This document shows positions 47,005 through 59,143 of a stretch of 64,000 nt of DNA, piece by piece. The notes under the pieces are model-generated. The model made no database searches and was not told the DNA's origin. It saw only the letters and a list, made by a program, of their open reading frames with translations. Position numbers and translations under genes: made by a program. This stretch comes from Zancudomyces culisetae HAW-14-8 (lineage: Eukaryota; Fungi; Kickxellomycota), in contig JBNJNM010000021.1 in NCBI GenBank assembly GCA_052426225.1, positions 310,001 through 374,000 of the forward strand, read 5' to 3'. How positions within the stretch are numbered: the stretch's first letter is position 1; every line of letters starts with the position of its first letter.

Positions 47005-48805
47005 ATGGCGGATATTGAACAGCAAATGTCCAAGATTGCAGTTACTCAAAAAGGTGAGTTTTTTTGCATCAATAATGCGGGGAAGAATGTTATAAGGAAA
47101 ATGATTTAATTAACAAAACTGATGTATAATAATTTTAATAATAGTCTACATCGATGAGGAGAGAGGTAGCGATGAAAATGGAAAGGGAACAGCAGAACTA
47201 CCTTTCAAGTCGGCCTTGGTAGCAGTAACCTCTACCAAGGATTCCAGTGAAGCAGGGTATTTGATGAAAAAGAAGGGAGAGGAAGAGTACAAGGAACTTG
47301 CAGCAACAGCACTAAAGAAGGCCAAAAAGGGGTATGAGCTGGCACAAAAGAAGGCAAAGAAGCAGGCAGAGCAGCAAGCACAAAAGAGCCAAGGGGATGC
47401 TGAGAAGCTCGCTGAAGAGCAGCGCAAAATAGAAGAGAGCAAGAAAGTGGTTATTGAGGAAGACAAATCATTGCCAGCAGCTACAAAAGTAACAATCAAC
47501 AAAACCCGCGAGCATAGAGGCAAGCGGATCAAAGTGAGCGGATGGGTTCATCGGCTCAGAGCACAAGGAAAAGAAATGATGTTTATTGTGTTGAGAGACG
47601 GAACAGGATATTTACAGTGTGTATTATTGGGTAAGCTGTGTAAAACATATGATGCAATTACGCTGACACAAGAATCAACAGTGACATTGTACGGTACTCT
47701 CCAGGAAGTACCAGAGGGCAAAAATGCACCAGGAGGCCACGAGCTTGTGGTTGATTACTGGCAAGTGGTTCACAAGTCACCAGGAGGAGACGACGCGGTA
47801 ACCAACAAAGTCAATGCAGAATCAGACCCAAGTGTGCTATTTTCACAGCGCCATTTGGTGCTGAGAGGCGAGAACCAATCAGCAGTGTTGAAGGTGCGCG
47901 CACTCACACTGAGAGCGTTCAGAGAATATTTCTTCAAGACAGGGTATACAGAAGTCAACCCACCATGTCTAGTACAGACTATGGTCGAAGGGGGATCAAC
48001 ACTTTTCCATCTGCCTTACTACGGCGAGGATGCATACTTGACACAATCCTCACAACTGTATCTGGAGACATGTTTGGCATCCATGGGAAGTGTTTATACA
48101 ATTACACCATCATTCCGTGCTGAGAAATCACACACTCGAAGGCACTTGTCTGAATTCTCACATCTAGAGGCTGAGCTTGCGTTTATTTCGTTTGCTGATC
48201 TTTTGGACTTGATTGAAGATATGGTTGTGACAGTTGTCAACAAACTTATGGATGATCCAGAATCACGTGAATTGATTCTGCAACTCAACCCTGGATTTGT
48301 GGCTCCAAAGCACGGTTTCCGCCGCATGAAGTACGAAGATGCGATCAAATGGCTCAACGAGCACGGTGTGAAGCGTGAAGAAGACGGTCAAGACTTCCAA
48401 TTTGGTGACGACATCCCCGAATCGCCAGAAAGATTTATGACTGATACCATCAACGAACCCATTCTTCTGACTCACTTCCCTGGCCCCATCAAATCGTTTT
48501 ATATGCCTGCCACCGAGGAAGATCCTCGGGTTACCGAATCAGTAGATCTATTGATGCCTAACGTCGGTGAAATCGTTGGTGGATCAATGCGTATTTGGAA
48601 GCACCAAGATCTTATCGATGCCTTTGCTCGTGCCGGAATTGATACTTCCAGCTACTATTGGTATACCGATCTCTCTAAATATGGTTCTTGTCCTCATGGT
48701 GGTTTTGGTTTGGGAGTTGAGCGTTTCATTGCTTGGATCACCAACCGTTACACCGTCAAGGAATGTTGCTTGTATCCTCGTTTCCCTGGACGCTGCCAGC
48801 CTTAA
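47005..48805 (+). CDS. DED81: Cytosolic asparaginyl-tRNA synthetase; exons 47005-47053, 47145-48805
   Basis: YIDEERGSD N-domain, GWVHRLR, LRDGTGYLQ, LTQSSQLYLE, FRAEKSHTRRHLSEF, GEIVGGSMR, PHGGFGLGVERF, YPRFPGRC. Confidence 0.97.
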
Positions 48806-51800
48806 TTTGTTTTATTCCCACTCCTGCGTTTTTATTTTTTAGCTTTTAATGTTAATATTTGATTTCATGCACGTGCTTTTATCTTGACATAAAACTAAAG
48901 TATATTTGAACCCAAATGTCACCCCTTTATTGCCTTTTTCATCCCCTTTTTTCCTTCTCTTGAAGTTTGCAACCTCCTCACAATTTGGGCATTTGTTTGA
49001 ACTTTATTTCTCGCATGAATCCCAGACCCTTGCAAATCAACATGAGGCTTCCTATTTTCATTCATTATCATTATTATTATTATAATTATAATTATTTTTG
49101 ACGAATAGAAAAAACTGGAAATGATTCAAGCAGTCCTACATCAGCACACTTTGCTTTCCAGTCATCGAGCCTTGAACTTTTAGGTACAATTATACCATTC
49201 ATTATATCTTTACGTAACAGTGTTTTCCCAGAACATTTTTATTGAAACCTTTGTTTATATTTAATTGTGTCTGATGATCTGCTGAGTCCAAGGCACATAA
49301 AGTTGTGTTGTTTTTTAAGGTGTATTTAATTTGTCCGTTTTCAACTTTTGGTTTATTTGTGTTTAATAAATTCGCTTTAAGAGCATATTAAACACTTTTA
49401 ATAAGTGCCTATAAAACCATAAAGCTCATTTGTGAAAAACAAATAAAGAAAACTGTTTTATTTATCACCAAAACTTGAATTTTCGGCTCAATTTAACGCA
49501 GAATATCTAAAAAGTGCAGCATACACGTTTAATTCCTCCATCTATTCAGTACCAATAGTTAACTCTGTGGTATACTGGCCGGATGTATTATCACCCATTA
49601 CAATCAGACATATCATATTTATACGTATACATATAAACACACATCTAAACATAAATTTATATATGTATTCTTAGCTACCTTTGCAAACAGCTCGACTATT
49701 TTATTTTTTTTGGAATATCCAACTTTAAATTCTGTCGAAATAAAGTTGGGAATCTCTACAACACTAAAGAATCCCAATTTCAAGTTCATAATCCCGAAGC
49801 TTGTCCTACCCCTTTTCTTGTAATGGTATAAAAAAAAACAATCAGAATTACAACTGCTATTGAAAGCGGGAAAGCGGTTAAAAATAATGGGAAAACGGGG
49901 ATTACAAAACTGCAGTTATTTGAACACGATTTACTTTTAGTCCAACTTTACTTACTCAATCTCATTTCACCATTTCACCATTTCTTCTACCCAGCTTAGT
50001 ATAGTCTATACTAAATCTACACTTATAGGTTGAATAGCTTTGTGCTATAAAAAAATCTTTTATTTTTTTTCCCATATTACTCGGCCTGTACTCTTTATAA
50101 ACCATTAGATTCTTTGTTTTGAAATAAAAGTTCGTTACAATACTCGTGGAGCTTGAGTACCTTTTTACTAAAACCACCCGAAGAGCATCTCAACATCGCG
50201 AACACAAAAGACAAAAGACAAAAATCAAAAACCAAAAGTCAAAAGTCAAAATTTGCTTTCTTATTTCATCAATGCTTACTGGTAGTTTGGTTTGTTAGCA
50301 ATCACTTTACAAAATATCCAGGAAATAAATTAATGCTTAGCAATGTTTTTATTTTAGAAATCAAGAAAAATTATTTTTGGTTAATAATACCCTTTTCAAA
50401 ATGAATAGAAAGTAAAGAAGAAAAAAAAGATGCAAAGAGACGTTTTGCAGTTTTATAAAGTTAATCAGAAAGGCTGGGGTTGCTGCCCAATCGGCTTGCC
50501 CACAAAAACCGCAAATTGAAAAAATAATCCATAAACCTCATCTCAATCAAAGAGCAAATAGCCATTCCTTCAAAGATGGCATAGTTCATAAAATAGACAA
50601 TACACTTTTTTTTGATTGTTTCTTGATTTAATTCTTACCCAAAAATTTGTAATTCTACTATTAAAAAATAATAATCTAATTGATTTGAAATTGTTCTTTA
50701 CAATTATTTGTTGCCTCATTCTTTAATTTATTATTCACCACCTGTTTACGATTAATAAAAAAAAAACCATCATTTAGCTATTAGATTCACAATTACAATG
50801 AAAAATTGTGCTTTTATTTTCGTTTTAAATTTCGCCTTTACTATTTTGGTAATAACTCTGATTATCCCTTTAATTTTAGCACATTATCCATAATTATCTA
50901 CCACTTATAATTCAGTAAAAATAGCGTTAAAGACTAGAAAAAAAAATGAAAAATACAAAACAAAATAAAAACCGTTTTCAGCTCCTGTCCTTTTCATCAT
51001 TATACATTAAACATTCACCTTATTATATATGATCATTTAGAGCTGTCAACTTACCATTATCTCTTCAATACATGCCATACTTTTTGTAGATTTTCATCCT
51101 TCATTGTTGAAAAAATACCCGCCTCTTTTTGGCAACATCTTGAGAAAAAAAAACATTCAAAATTTAACCCTGTCCTTGGGGGGGAAAACAGTATCATTTT
51201 CAAGCACAAGTTACTAAAATCAAGAAGAGCAACAACAATAAGAGCAACAAGAAAAAAACGCAAGAAAAGCCAACACAAAGATCAACAAGCACACTCACGT
51301 CATTGGAATCTATCCATTTGCCATAACATTTCTGTCCCTCTCAATTCGCCAAAATTTCTATTCAACTGTGTATAGTACATGCAGTAGAACCAACAACAGA
51401 AAAAAAATTAAGCAAAAGAAGATTTTGTCACATACAAAATACAAGGAATATCACCGGTCCTATCGACACTGTTAACAAGCGTATATAGTACAAAAATAGC
51501 TCAAGCTACATTCAACCTACACTAAACATTTGGTTATACGAGAATTATCGCCAAGATAAAACTAAAAAGAGCAAAAACAAAAGGATAAAGCAAGAATAGA
51601 AGGGAAAAAAACACCCTTCCCGACATACACCAAAGCTAAGAACTATATTCGAACAAAAGCGACTCTTCATTTTGTTGTGGGATCATTTATTCGATTATAT
51701 TCAAGAGACAAGATCAAAAAACACAAAAAAAGAATAGGGTTAGAAGCGAAAGTCCCAAATATATGCCACTTAACACAAAATTGTGTATATGTACATACGC

Positions 51801-52158
51801 AAAATCCAGAGCGTGTGTGTCTTTAGCTTTTGTGAAAGTGAAATAAAGGGATAAAACCAAGGCTATTTATCAGTTGATTGCATGGCATTAATAAGATATT
51901 TGGATTACAAACCGTACCAGCTGTTCACACTTTTGTAATATATTGACTACTAGTAAAAATAACTGAGTGTTAAAAGTGTGGTGTATATAGCAGATTTCAG
52001 ACATAGAATATCCGAAAAAAGAAAATTATAACAGTAGCTAGCGGTTTCCAAGGGAACGAGAATATATTTTAAACAAAAAGAAAAAAAAGATACGAGAACC
52101 ATTTCAGAGGATCTCGGTATTATTCATAGAAGCAATATCCCTAGATCAATAAACAAAA

Positions 52159-53568
52159 ATGAAACCTACGGAAAAGGCCACGAATTCTACATCCATACCG
52201 ATGGAACAACCAGCAAAAACTTCATATTTTAAGAAAACAAAATTACGACTAAAGAAATTAGTTTTAGAGTATCAAAGTCTACTCAGAAAGTGTGCCTTAT
52301 CGTGTTGTATAAGCTCGAGTGGTACCGATGGTCAAGATGATACGGGTAATGAGGCACACATGTCTCACCACGCTAAATTTCAAGGAAAGAAATCAGCACT
52401 CTCTGACGAGGTACCGCTGGATGCAAGAACGAGTCCGGCGAAAAAAGATTCTCGTCTTGAAAAAGTAAATGAGAACGAAAAACCCAGTTCAAGTCAACCA
52501 CATAAAGAGGCTCTAGCGAGTACATTTGAGACGGAAGATAGCAAGTTAGTAGAAGAAACATCATGGAGTGCAACAATAGAACCAGAGCTAGGACAGCAAG
52601 ATAACATAGAAAACACAGTCGTGAACAGTACAGAGCTAGAGGTAAAAAAACTGGAGGGATCATGGCAGCATATCGAAATAACAGAGGAGATGGGCGAAAG
52701 AACAGACGAAAAGGACCAGTACTTTTTAGACATAGACGTTGGACCTTCGTTCAAATCCGAGCCCGATCTTTTCTTACAAGCTAGCCCTGGAGAAGAAAGT
52801 CAATCTGATGCTGAGTTGGATAGTATTGCCGATGTTTTTGGTGCAACTGATGCCACCGACAGCTCGGATGACGATGAAGAGCTACGCAGTGAAATCACTT
52901 CTCCAAAGGGCAACGTGGCGAGCATGACGTCTGAGCGACTGGTTACACATGTATCACAGCACTATCTTCTCGAACCTGTGATTTCGGAGCATTGGGGTCG
53001 AAAGTGTTTGGTTTTGGATCTCGACGAAACTCTTTTACACAGCTCGTTCAGACCTGTTGAAAACCCCGATTTTATTGTACCCGTCATGCTTGAAGGTCAG
53101 GAGCATAATGTCTATGTTGCAAAGCGGCCTGGTGTGGACACCTTTTTGCGTGAAATGAGTAAATATTATGAATTGGTGGTTTTCACTGCCAGTCTATCGA
53201 TGTATGCCGACCCCGTGCTGGATCTGCTCGACAGTGCCCGTGTAATTACCCATCGTCTTTTTAGAGAATCTTGTAACTTGTACAACGGAAACTACGTCAA
53301 AGATTTATCCAGGCTTGGTCGACCCCTAACCAGTTCGATTATCATCGACAACTCCCCAACCAGCTATGCCTTCCACCCTGAAAACGCCATTGCTATAACT
53401 ACCTGGTTTAATGATCCTCACGACTCTGAGCTATTGGATTTAATTCCCTTTCTCATCGACCTCTCCACAGTTGATGATGTATCCTGTGTTTTGTCTTTAA
53501 ATCATGTTCATGCTAATTACAAACCCCTGCCCATATCTAGCTGGGTTAAATCCACAGAGATTCATTAA
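52159..53568 (+). CDS. PSR1: Psr1/SCP-type small CTD phosphatase
   Basis: [56 protein letters not shown]; N-terminal CC motif followed by an acidic disordered linker. Confidence 0.92.
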   Translation: MKPTEKATNSTSIPMEQPAKTSYFKKTKLRLKKLVLEYQSLLRKCALSCCISSSGTDGQDDTGNEAHMSHHAKFQGKKSALSDEVPLDARTSPAKKDSRLEKVNENEKPSSSQPHKEALASTFETEDSKLVEETSWSATIEPELGQQDNIENTVVNSTELEVKKLEGSWQHIEITEEMGERTDEKDQYFLDIDVGPSFKSEPDLFLQASPGEESQSDAELDSIADVFGATDATDSSDDDEELRSEITSPKGNVASMTSERLVTHVSQHYLLEPVISEHWGRKCLVLDLDETLLHSSFRPVENPDFIVPVMLEGQEHNVYVAKRPGVDTFLREMSKYYELVVFTASLSMYADPVLDLLDSARVITHRLFRESCNLYNGNYVKDLSRLGRPLTSSIIIDNSPTSYAFHPENAIAITTWFNDPHDSELLDLIPFLIDLSTVDDVSCVLSLNHVHANYKPLPISSWVKSTEIH

Positions 53569-54551
53569 TACATCAGTCTGCCCCTTTGTTTTTTTTACTT
53601 GTGTTTTCTTTTTTACCTTTATTTTACTTTTATCTATTCTCTTGAACCCACGCTTTGTTCAATCTCATTACACATGTATGTTTTATTTAGCCAATCCTAA
53701 CCTGGCGATGGTTATTCGAATTTGCTGTACAAAATTTTGTCATTATAACCTTAAGTATGGTCTGAGATGCTTTCTTGAAAGTTAAATGGGTAAGTCATGT
53801 CAAGCGATATAACACCCCAATGCTTTTCTTGCAAATATAGGTACATATGTGCACACATGTAGGTTATCACTTTGTTGGGGCCAAACGCATTTTCTTCTCA
53901 TTTTCATTTTCATTTTTTGTTTATCATTTTGCTTTTTTGTTGTCTTTATTTTCCACTTGAAACAATGCTTAGGAAATGCCATTGTTTTTCTTTTCACTAC
54001 TATTATTACTTTTTATTCGCCATCAAACAGTTTTTACTTTCGAGGCATTTGTGCCATTGGCCAAACAATTTTTCACTACTTTAACCGTGACTAATTTTAT
54101 CTATATTTTTCCTTTGATTTTCGAACCGAACTAAAAAAAAAAGGAGCAAAAAAAATTTTTTCCGCTCTTTTATTCCTCAAGAGTTTTGGCTATTACTTAA
54201 TAGCAGAATAAATAATATATGGAAATTTGTTGCAGGTTGATTTACAAATCCAAGAAACATCAAATGTTGTTGACACTCCATTATAAGATGGTGTATATAT
54301 AAGCAGTTTCACATCTCTTCTTGGTCTTACATATGCACCAGTATGCCTATACACTATCTAAACAGGGAATATAGTTACAACCTTAAACAATTTTGATTTA
54401 ATATACTGCTAATTATCGAGTACACCTAAGCAGCATACTCTCATATTCTTGATTTGCTCTAGCATTGTACAAAACGGTCTATTATTTTATTCATATCTCC
54501 TTTTTAACTTTTATCCTTTTTTGAGTGTTTGTCCAATACATATATAAAAAC

Positions 54552-55724
54552 ATGTATTCAGATACACAGGACAAAAAATACACCACAAAAGAACAGAACG
54601 ACGATAGCACCAACCTTAACAACAACAAACCTGTATTGGCTCTTCTCACCAGCTGTACAGCATGCCAACGACGGAAAGTACGCTGCGATGGAGCATCTCC
54701 AGCATGCAGCAACTGTACCAGAAGAAATGATGAATGTATTTATAGACATTCTATCAGATACAAACATGTACCCAAAAAACACCATAACAGAGAAATGAAG
54801 AATAACCACAGCCTCTCTACATCCTCTACCGACAATGTCAGGAAAAATACTAGCAACCGTGTTAAAAATGATCGAAAATCTCCAGTATCCGGATCTGGGC
54901 GAATAGCAATCGAACGATTACTCAATTCACTTGCTAGTTCTGGAGATGAACATAGTCGAAATAGCTCTGAGCATTGTGGCAGTAGTAATAGTGATAGTGA
55001 CAGTGATAGTGATATTCATCTATCAAGTCATACTACACCCGAAATTAATTCAAAAAATAACACAGCCTCTTATTTTGATATTTTGGTTGATGCCAACCCG
55101 CACATTGATAATAGCTACTGCGATAATACTGGTAACAGTAATGATAACAACAAGGGCGATGAAAATAACGATAAAAATAGCGGTAGCAATAACAGTGAGC
55201 AAAATAATGAAAATAACGAAAGTTGCAGTTTCGATAGCAATAATAATTCCTACCACGCTCGTTGCACCAGTATATATGACATGAATCTCCCAACACCATA
55301 CCATGCACACTCACCAATGTCTGTATCGACATCAACATCTTTTACCCACACATCTCCCACGTTTTCTGAACCCTCGCCACCAGCTAGACTCGAGTATTTT
55401 CAATCCCCACATGCAGAATTAGAGACAAGCACAGTGGAGCTTAATGAAAACAAGTCCAAAGTGGGAAACTCTTACTCTCCAAACCTAAGTCCAAAATCGT
55501 ATGAAGCTACCCACTTTTACTTTGACCACAATATTGGATATGCTTGTGGAATCAAAAATAGACAATCAACCTTTAATAACCTACAATTTGAGAACTATTC
55601 GAAGAACAATGATGTGTACGAAGCCCATGTGGATACTATTACACTCACAAACTCAAATGAAAATATCAATAGTGATATCACTAACACCAACAGACACTCA
55701 TCCATTCAATTTATCCTTGAATGA
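54552..55724 (+). CDS. Zn(II)2Cys6 binuclear-cluster transcription factor
   Basis: SCTACQRRKVRCDGASPACSNCTRRNDECIY; the rest is N/S-rich and disordered; first ATG at 54552. Confidence 0.9.
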   Translation: MYSDTQDKKYTTKEQNDDSTNLNNNKPVLALLTSCTACQRRKVRCDGASPACSNCTRRNDECIYRHSIRYKHVPKKHHNREMKNNHSLSTSSTDNVRKNTSNRVKNDRKSPVSGSGRIAIERLLNSLASSGDEHSRNSSEHCGSSNSDSDSDSDIHLSSHTTPEINSKNNTASYFDILVDANPHIDNSYCDNTGNSNDNNKGDENNDKNSGSNNSEQNNENNESCSFDSNNNSYHARCTSIYDMNLPTPYHAHSPMSVSTSTSFTHTSPTFSEPSPPARLEYFQSPHAELETSTVELNENKSKVGNSYSPNLSPKSYEATHFYFDHNIGYACGIKNRQSTFNNLQFENYSKNNDVYEAHVDTITLTNSNENINSDITNTNRHSSIQFILE

Positions 55725-56414
55725 GCCTTATTTTTTATCCACGACTTTTAATTTTAGATTTGCTCTTCTTTTTGTGGTAGAATGGGAGGGTGTTGTATTT
55801 TGTATTATACACATATTATTTTAGTAGTTTTATTAACCAAATATTATTACTACTATCATTCTCATCTGTACACTCAACTACAAGTTTAGAATTTTAGCTA
55901 CTGATACACTTTATATCAGTAGCTATGGCATTTGGAGTTGCTCGTGTCATGCCAAAAAAAGTCAGTTCCTACTTTTTGTTTTATCTGCTGTATACCATTA
56001 AGCAATCTGTTACTGTATATCAGGCTGTGTTGGTCCATCATCGAACAATAGAATATTCTGAAATTGTGTTTTTTCTTTCCTTGGGGATATACCTTTTTTT
56101 TAATTTTTAATTTTTTTTACAAATAAATGTACCAATTTTTATTATATTGCGTTTTTGAATTTTTTTTTATTTGGGACCTAGATCAAGAACAAAACTCAAC
56201 AGAAAAAAATCCTCACCTCCCCCATACATATTAGCGATGATTGAGAAAAGAAGGATAAAAAAAAACTTTGGGTCTATTCATCACCTAAGCTGATATTATA
56301 AATAAATGATAAAAATGGTAAAAGTAATAAATAAACTCGCTGCTAGATGCTACATGGATGCAACCGATTGCTGGTAAGCGCAAAGAGCACCTTTTCCTAC
56401 TTTAAATGTCCTTC

Positions 56415-56819
56415 TCAGGAACGTCCAGATCCTGTTGAGGATGTTCTTGTGGTATTAGCTGTGGTTTTTGTTGTAGTGGCTGTGGTTTTTGTTGCTGGTG
56501 TAGTTGCTGTGGTTGTAGTGGTGGTTGTCCGCCCTGTTGTCTCCGAAGTTCTTGTAGTACTTGGAGAGTTCTTTGTGGTTCTCTGCGGAACATTTAGGCT
56601 ATGTGTGGTAGAAGTAGTTGTGGTTTTCTGTGCAGCGGTTTGGGCTGTGTTTGGTACAGTGGTTTTTGTGGATGACGATGTGTGTGTTGACCTGGATGTA
56701 CATGTTGTCGTTTTTGGATCACTGAAACACATTTTTCTAGATTCTTTTATGTGAAGTTTTATTTGTTGCTTGTGTTGATAGTTTGCTGTACTAGCAGTTT
56801 CTGAGTATAGATGATACAA
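56415..56819 (-). other. Thr-rich mucin-like ORF or decayed secreted-protein gene
   Basis: ~100 codons dominated by ACN; TATAAAA on the minus strand near 56915; no clear start or signal peptide in frame. Confidence 0.45.
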
Positions 56820-58072
56820 ACCCTTGTAGATATAACACTATTGGAAATATACATGTATGTTTTAACAAACGGAATATGATGAGTTTTCAAACCTAATGGC
56901 GGCTGTGAATGCTTTTATACTGTTTTTGAATGAGGAGAGCTGCTTCACAAAATGATACCAAAAACATACTGTTCCACAATTATTTCTTTTTTTCCTGTAG
57001 AAAATATACCATCGAATACCTTTCTCACAGTTAGAATATCTGGTGGCTTAACATCATGGTAAACTGCAAACTTGATTTGCCCGTTCTTATTTTAGTATAG
57101 TTTACTTGCATATTTAGTTTTATAGAAGATTCTAGGTTTTTACATTTAGAAACATTGGTTTTTCTAAAGGCATCCAGTTATTCCGTCTTGTTATTTAGGT
57201 AGTTTTGAAGCCCAAGGAAAAAAATCAAGTATGTCTTTGGAACAGATGTTTTTTTCTTTTGAGTTTTTGATGGTGTTATATTATCTCACTTTATTACAAT
57301 TTTAATTATTACTACTAGGATTAGTATATAAAAAATATGAAATAGTTCAGCGTACGCCGATTATCAAAGTATAAGTGACATCAATCACGCAGTGGTATAC
57401 GGCAAACCTGTTAAAAACCCAAATATGTTATAATGAAATATATTTTATCAATAAAATGTTGTATGGAGTTGTATGTAACGGGTACTAAAGTATTGTCTGT
57501 TAGCATGTGCCTACCCATTAATAGTTTTTTTCCGTTGCTTTCCATTTTCAACCATGTATTATTTTTTGTCATTAAACTTTGACATTGGATGGCCATTTAA
57601 TGTATCACTACACTATGAAAACAACAAAATGGCTAAAACTGGAAATATAAAAAATACATGTAGTGTAAATGCATAATTAGTAAACAAACTTCCCGTTATT
57701 TTTGGGGGGAGGAGGAGAAAACAGGTTTAAGGGTAAATTTGTGGGGTGAGATGGGGGGAGATGTGAGGTACGCGTGATGCGTCTTACTCCCATTTTTTTC
57801 CTTTTTCTTTTCCTTTTCCTTTTTTTTACTTCCTGTTTTTTATTCCTACTCTTGCCCAAACATTTATACAAAGGCAAGTATGCTGCATTAAACGGTAGTC
57901 TGTAACAGAATTTATACTTTCTCTTTTATATCTAACTACTTCACATTATATTTTTGAAATTATAGTGGTAATAACTCACGTCCATGCAGTTTAAAAACAC
58001 ACATAAAGGAGTATTAAGAAAGTTCTTTTAAGAAAACAACTGCTGGTCGAAAAAGAAAAAAGCAAAAATAAA

Positions 58073-59143
58073 ATGTTAGTAAGTGAATATCGCAGATACA
58101 AGGTTAATAAGGCAAAAGCCTGGAGAAAAAATGAAAGCAATAACGAAGCCCCTGTATATACTCTTGGAGAGCAAGCAAACTGTGCATCAAAAGAAATTCA
58201 AAATGAAGAAAGTAGTACCTCAGACGCTGACCGAAGCTCTACAAATATTTTGGTAGAGACTACTCGTATTCTTAAAAATACACAATATACAGATACAATG
58301 TCCGTTAAGAATCAGGGTGACCAGGAATATATATGCCAAGATTGGGCTGAAGATGGTGACAAAACTTTGCATCCCTCAAAAGGGCCAAATGTCAAGAGCG
58401 AAAAGTTGAAGAGACTAACAAGGCCCCTTCTTAAGCCATTTACTGCGTTCGGATTTTCAAAGTCTGATAAAATTAGAACATCTAAAGCACCTGCTGAAGC
58501 TAAAGAGAGGTACAGCCATGAATATGATCAAAGCACAAACTTTGGTTCTGATTCACAATTAGTTTATAGTAACAGAACCGATGCTATTTGTGAAAAGGGA
58601 GATGAAACGAATAGTTATGAATATCTTGTTGAGAAAAATCTACCTTCACAAAAGACTCATAAAAGTAAAAAGGGAGTTATGAAAAGGGTTGGTTTATTTT
58701 TAGGAAATAATACACTTTCAACAAGTATACTCAGAGTTAAAAGATATAATATTTTTATTAAAAAACGGCAAACTGATGATTCAGAAACACAAATACAGAG
58801 TAAAGACTTTCCGATTGATTTTTCGTCTTTAGATTTAGGTCCATATTTAGATTCAGACTCAGAATTAAACATAAATTCAAAATCTAACTCTGGATCTGAT
58901 TCTGATTCTGACCTAAGTTTAGATTTAAATCGTTATACAGGAAAAATTAAACGCGGATATATCCTCAAAGATCCTGGTTTAGAGGAAAGCGTAATTAGCA
59001 GATCGTTCCTAACCACCACCCTCTTTGCTGAAAATCCTAGGCCAGTATCGATAGATATGGGCGCAATATATAATATTCAAGAAAAACGTACTAAACACCC
59101 GAGAAAAAGTATTCACAATATTAGAGATTATCAACATACTTAA
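58073..59143 (+). CDS. Hypothetical protein (356 aa, low complexity, no recognised domain)
   Basis: Long uninterrupted ORF in AT-rich DNA with AAAATG start context. Confidence 0.65.
   Translation: MLVSEYRRYKVNKAKAWRKNESNNEAPVYTLGEQANCASKEIQNEESSTSDADRSSTNILVETTRILKNTQYTDTMSVKNQGDQEYICQDWAEDGDKTLHPSKGPNVKSEKLKRLTRPLLKPFTAFGFSKSDKIRTSKAPAEAKERYSHEYDQSTNFGSDSQLVYSNRTDAICEKGDETNSYEYLVEKNLPSQKTHKSKKGVMKRVGLFLGNNTLSTSILRVKRYNIFIKKRQTDDSETQIQSKDFPIDFSSLDLGPYLDSDSELNINSKSNSGSDSDSDLSLDLNRYTGKIKRGYILKDPGLEESVISRSFLTTTLFAENPRPVSIDMGAIYNIQEKRTKHPRKSIHNIRDYQHT

Noticed and set aside
17101-53568. NEM1-like and PSR1-like phosphatases as a local duplication
   Set aside because: They belong to ancient, separate FCP/SCP subfamilies and differ in intron structure; co-location is probably incidental.
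56347-56754. Val-rich plus-strand ORF resembling a membrane protein
   Set aside because: Antisense of the ACN-rich Thr tract.
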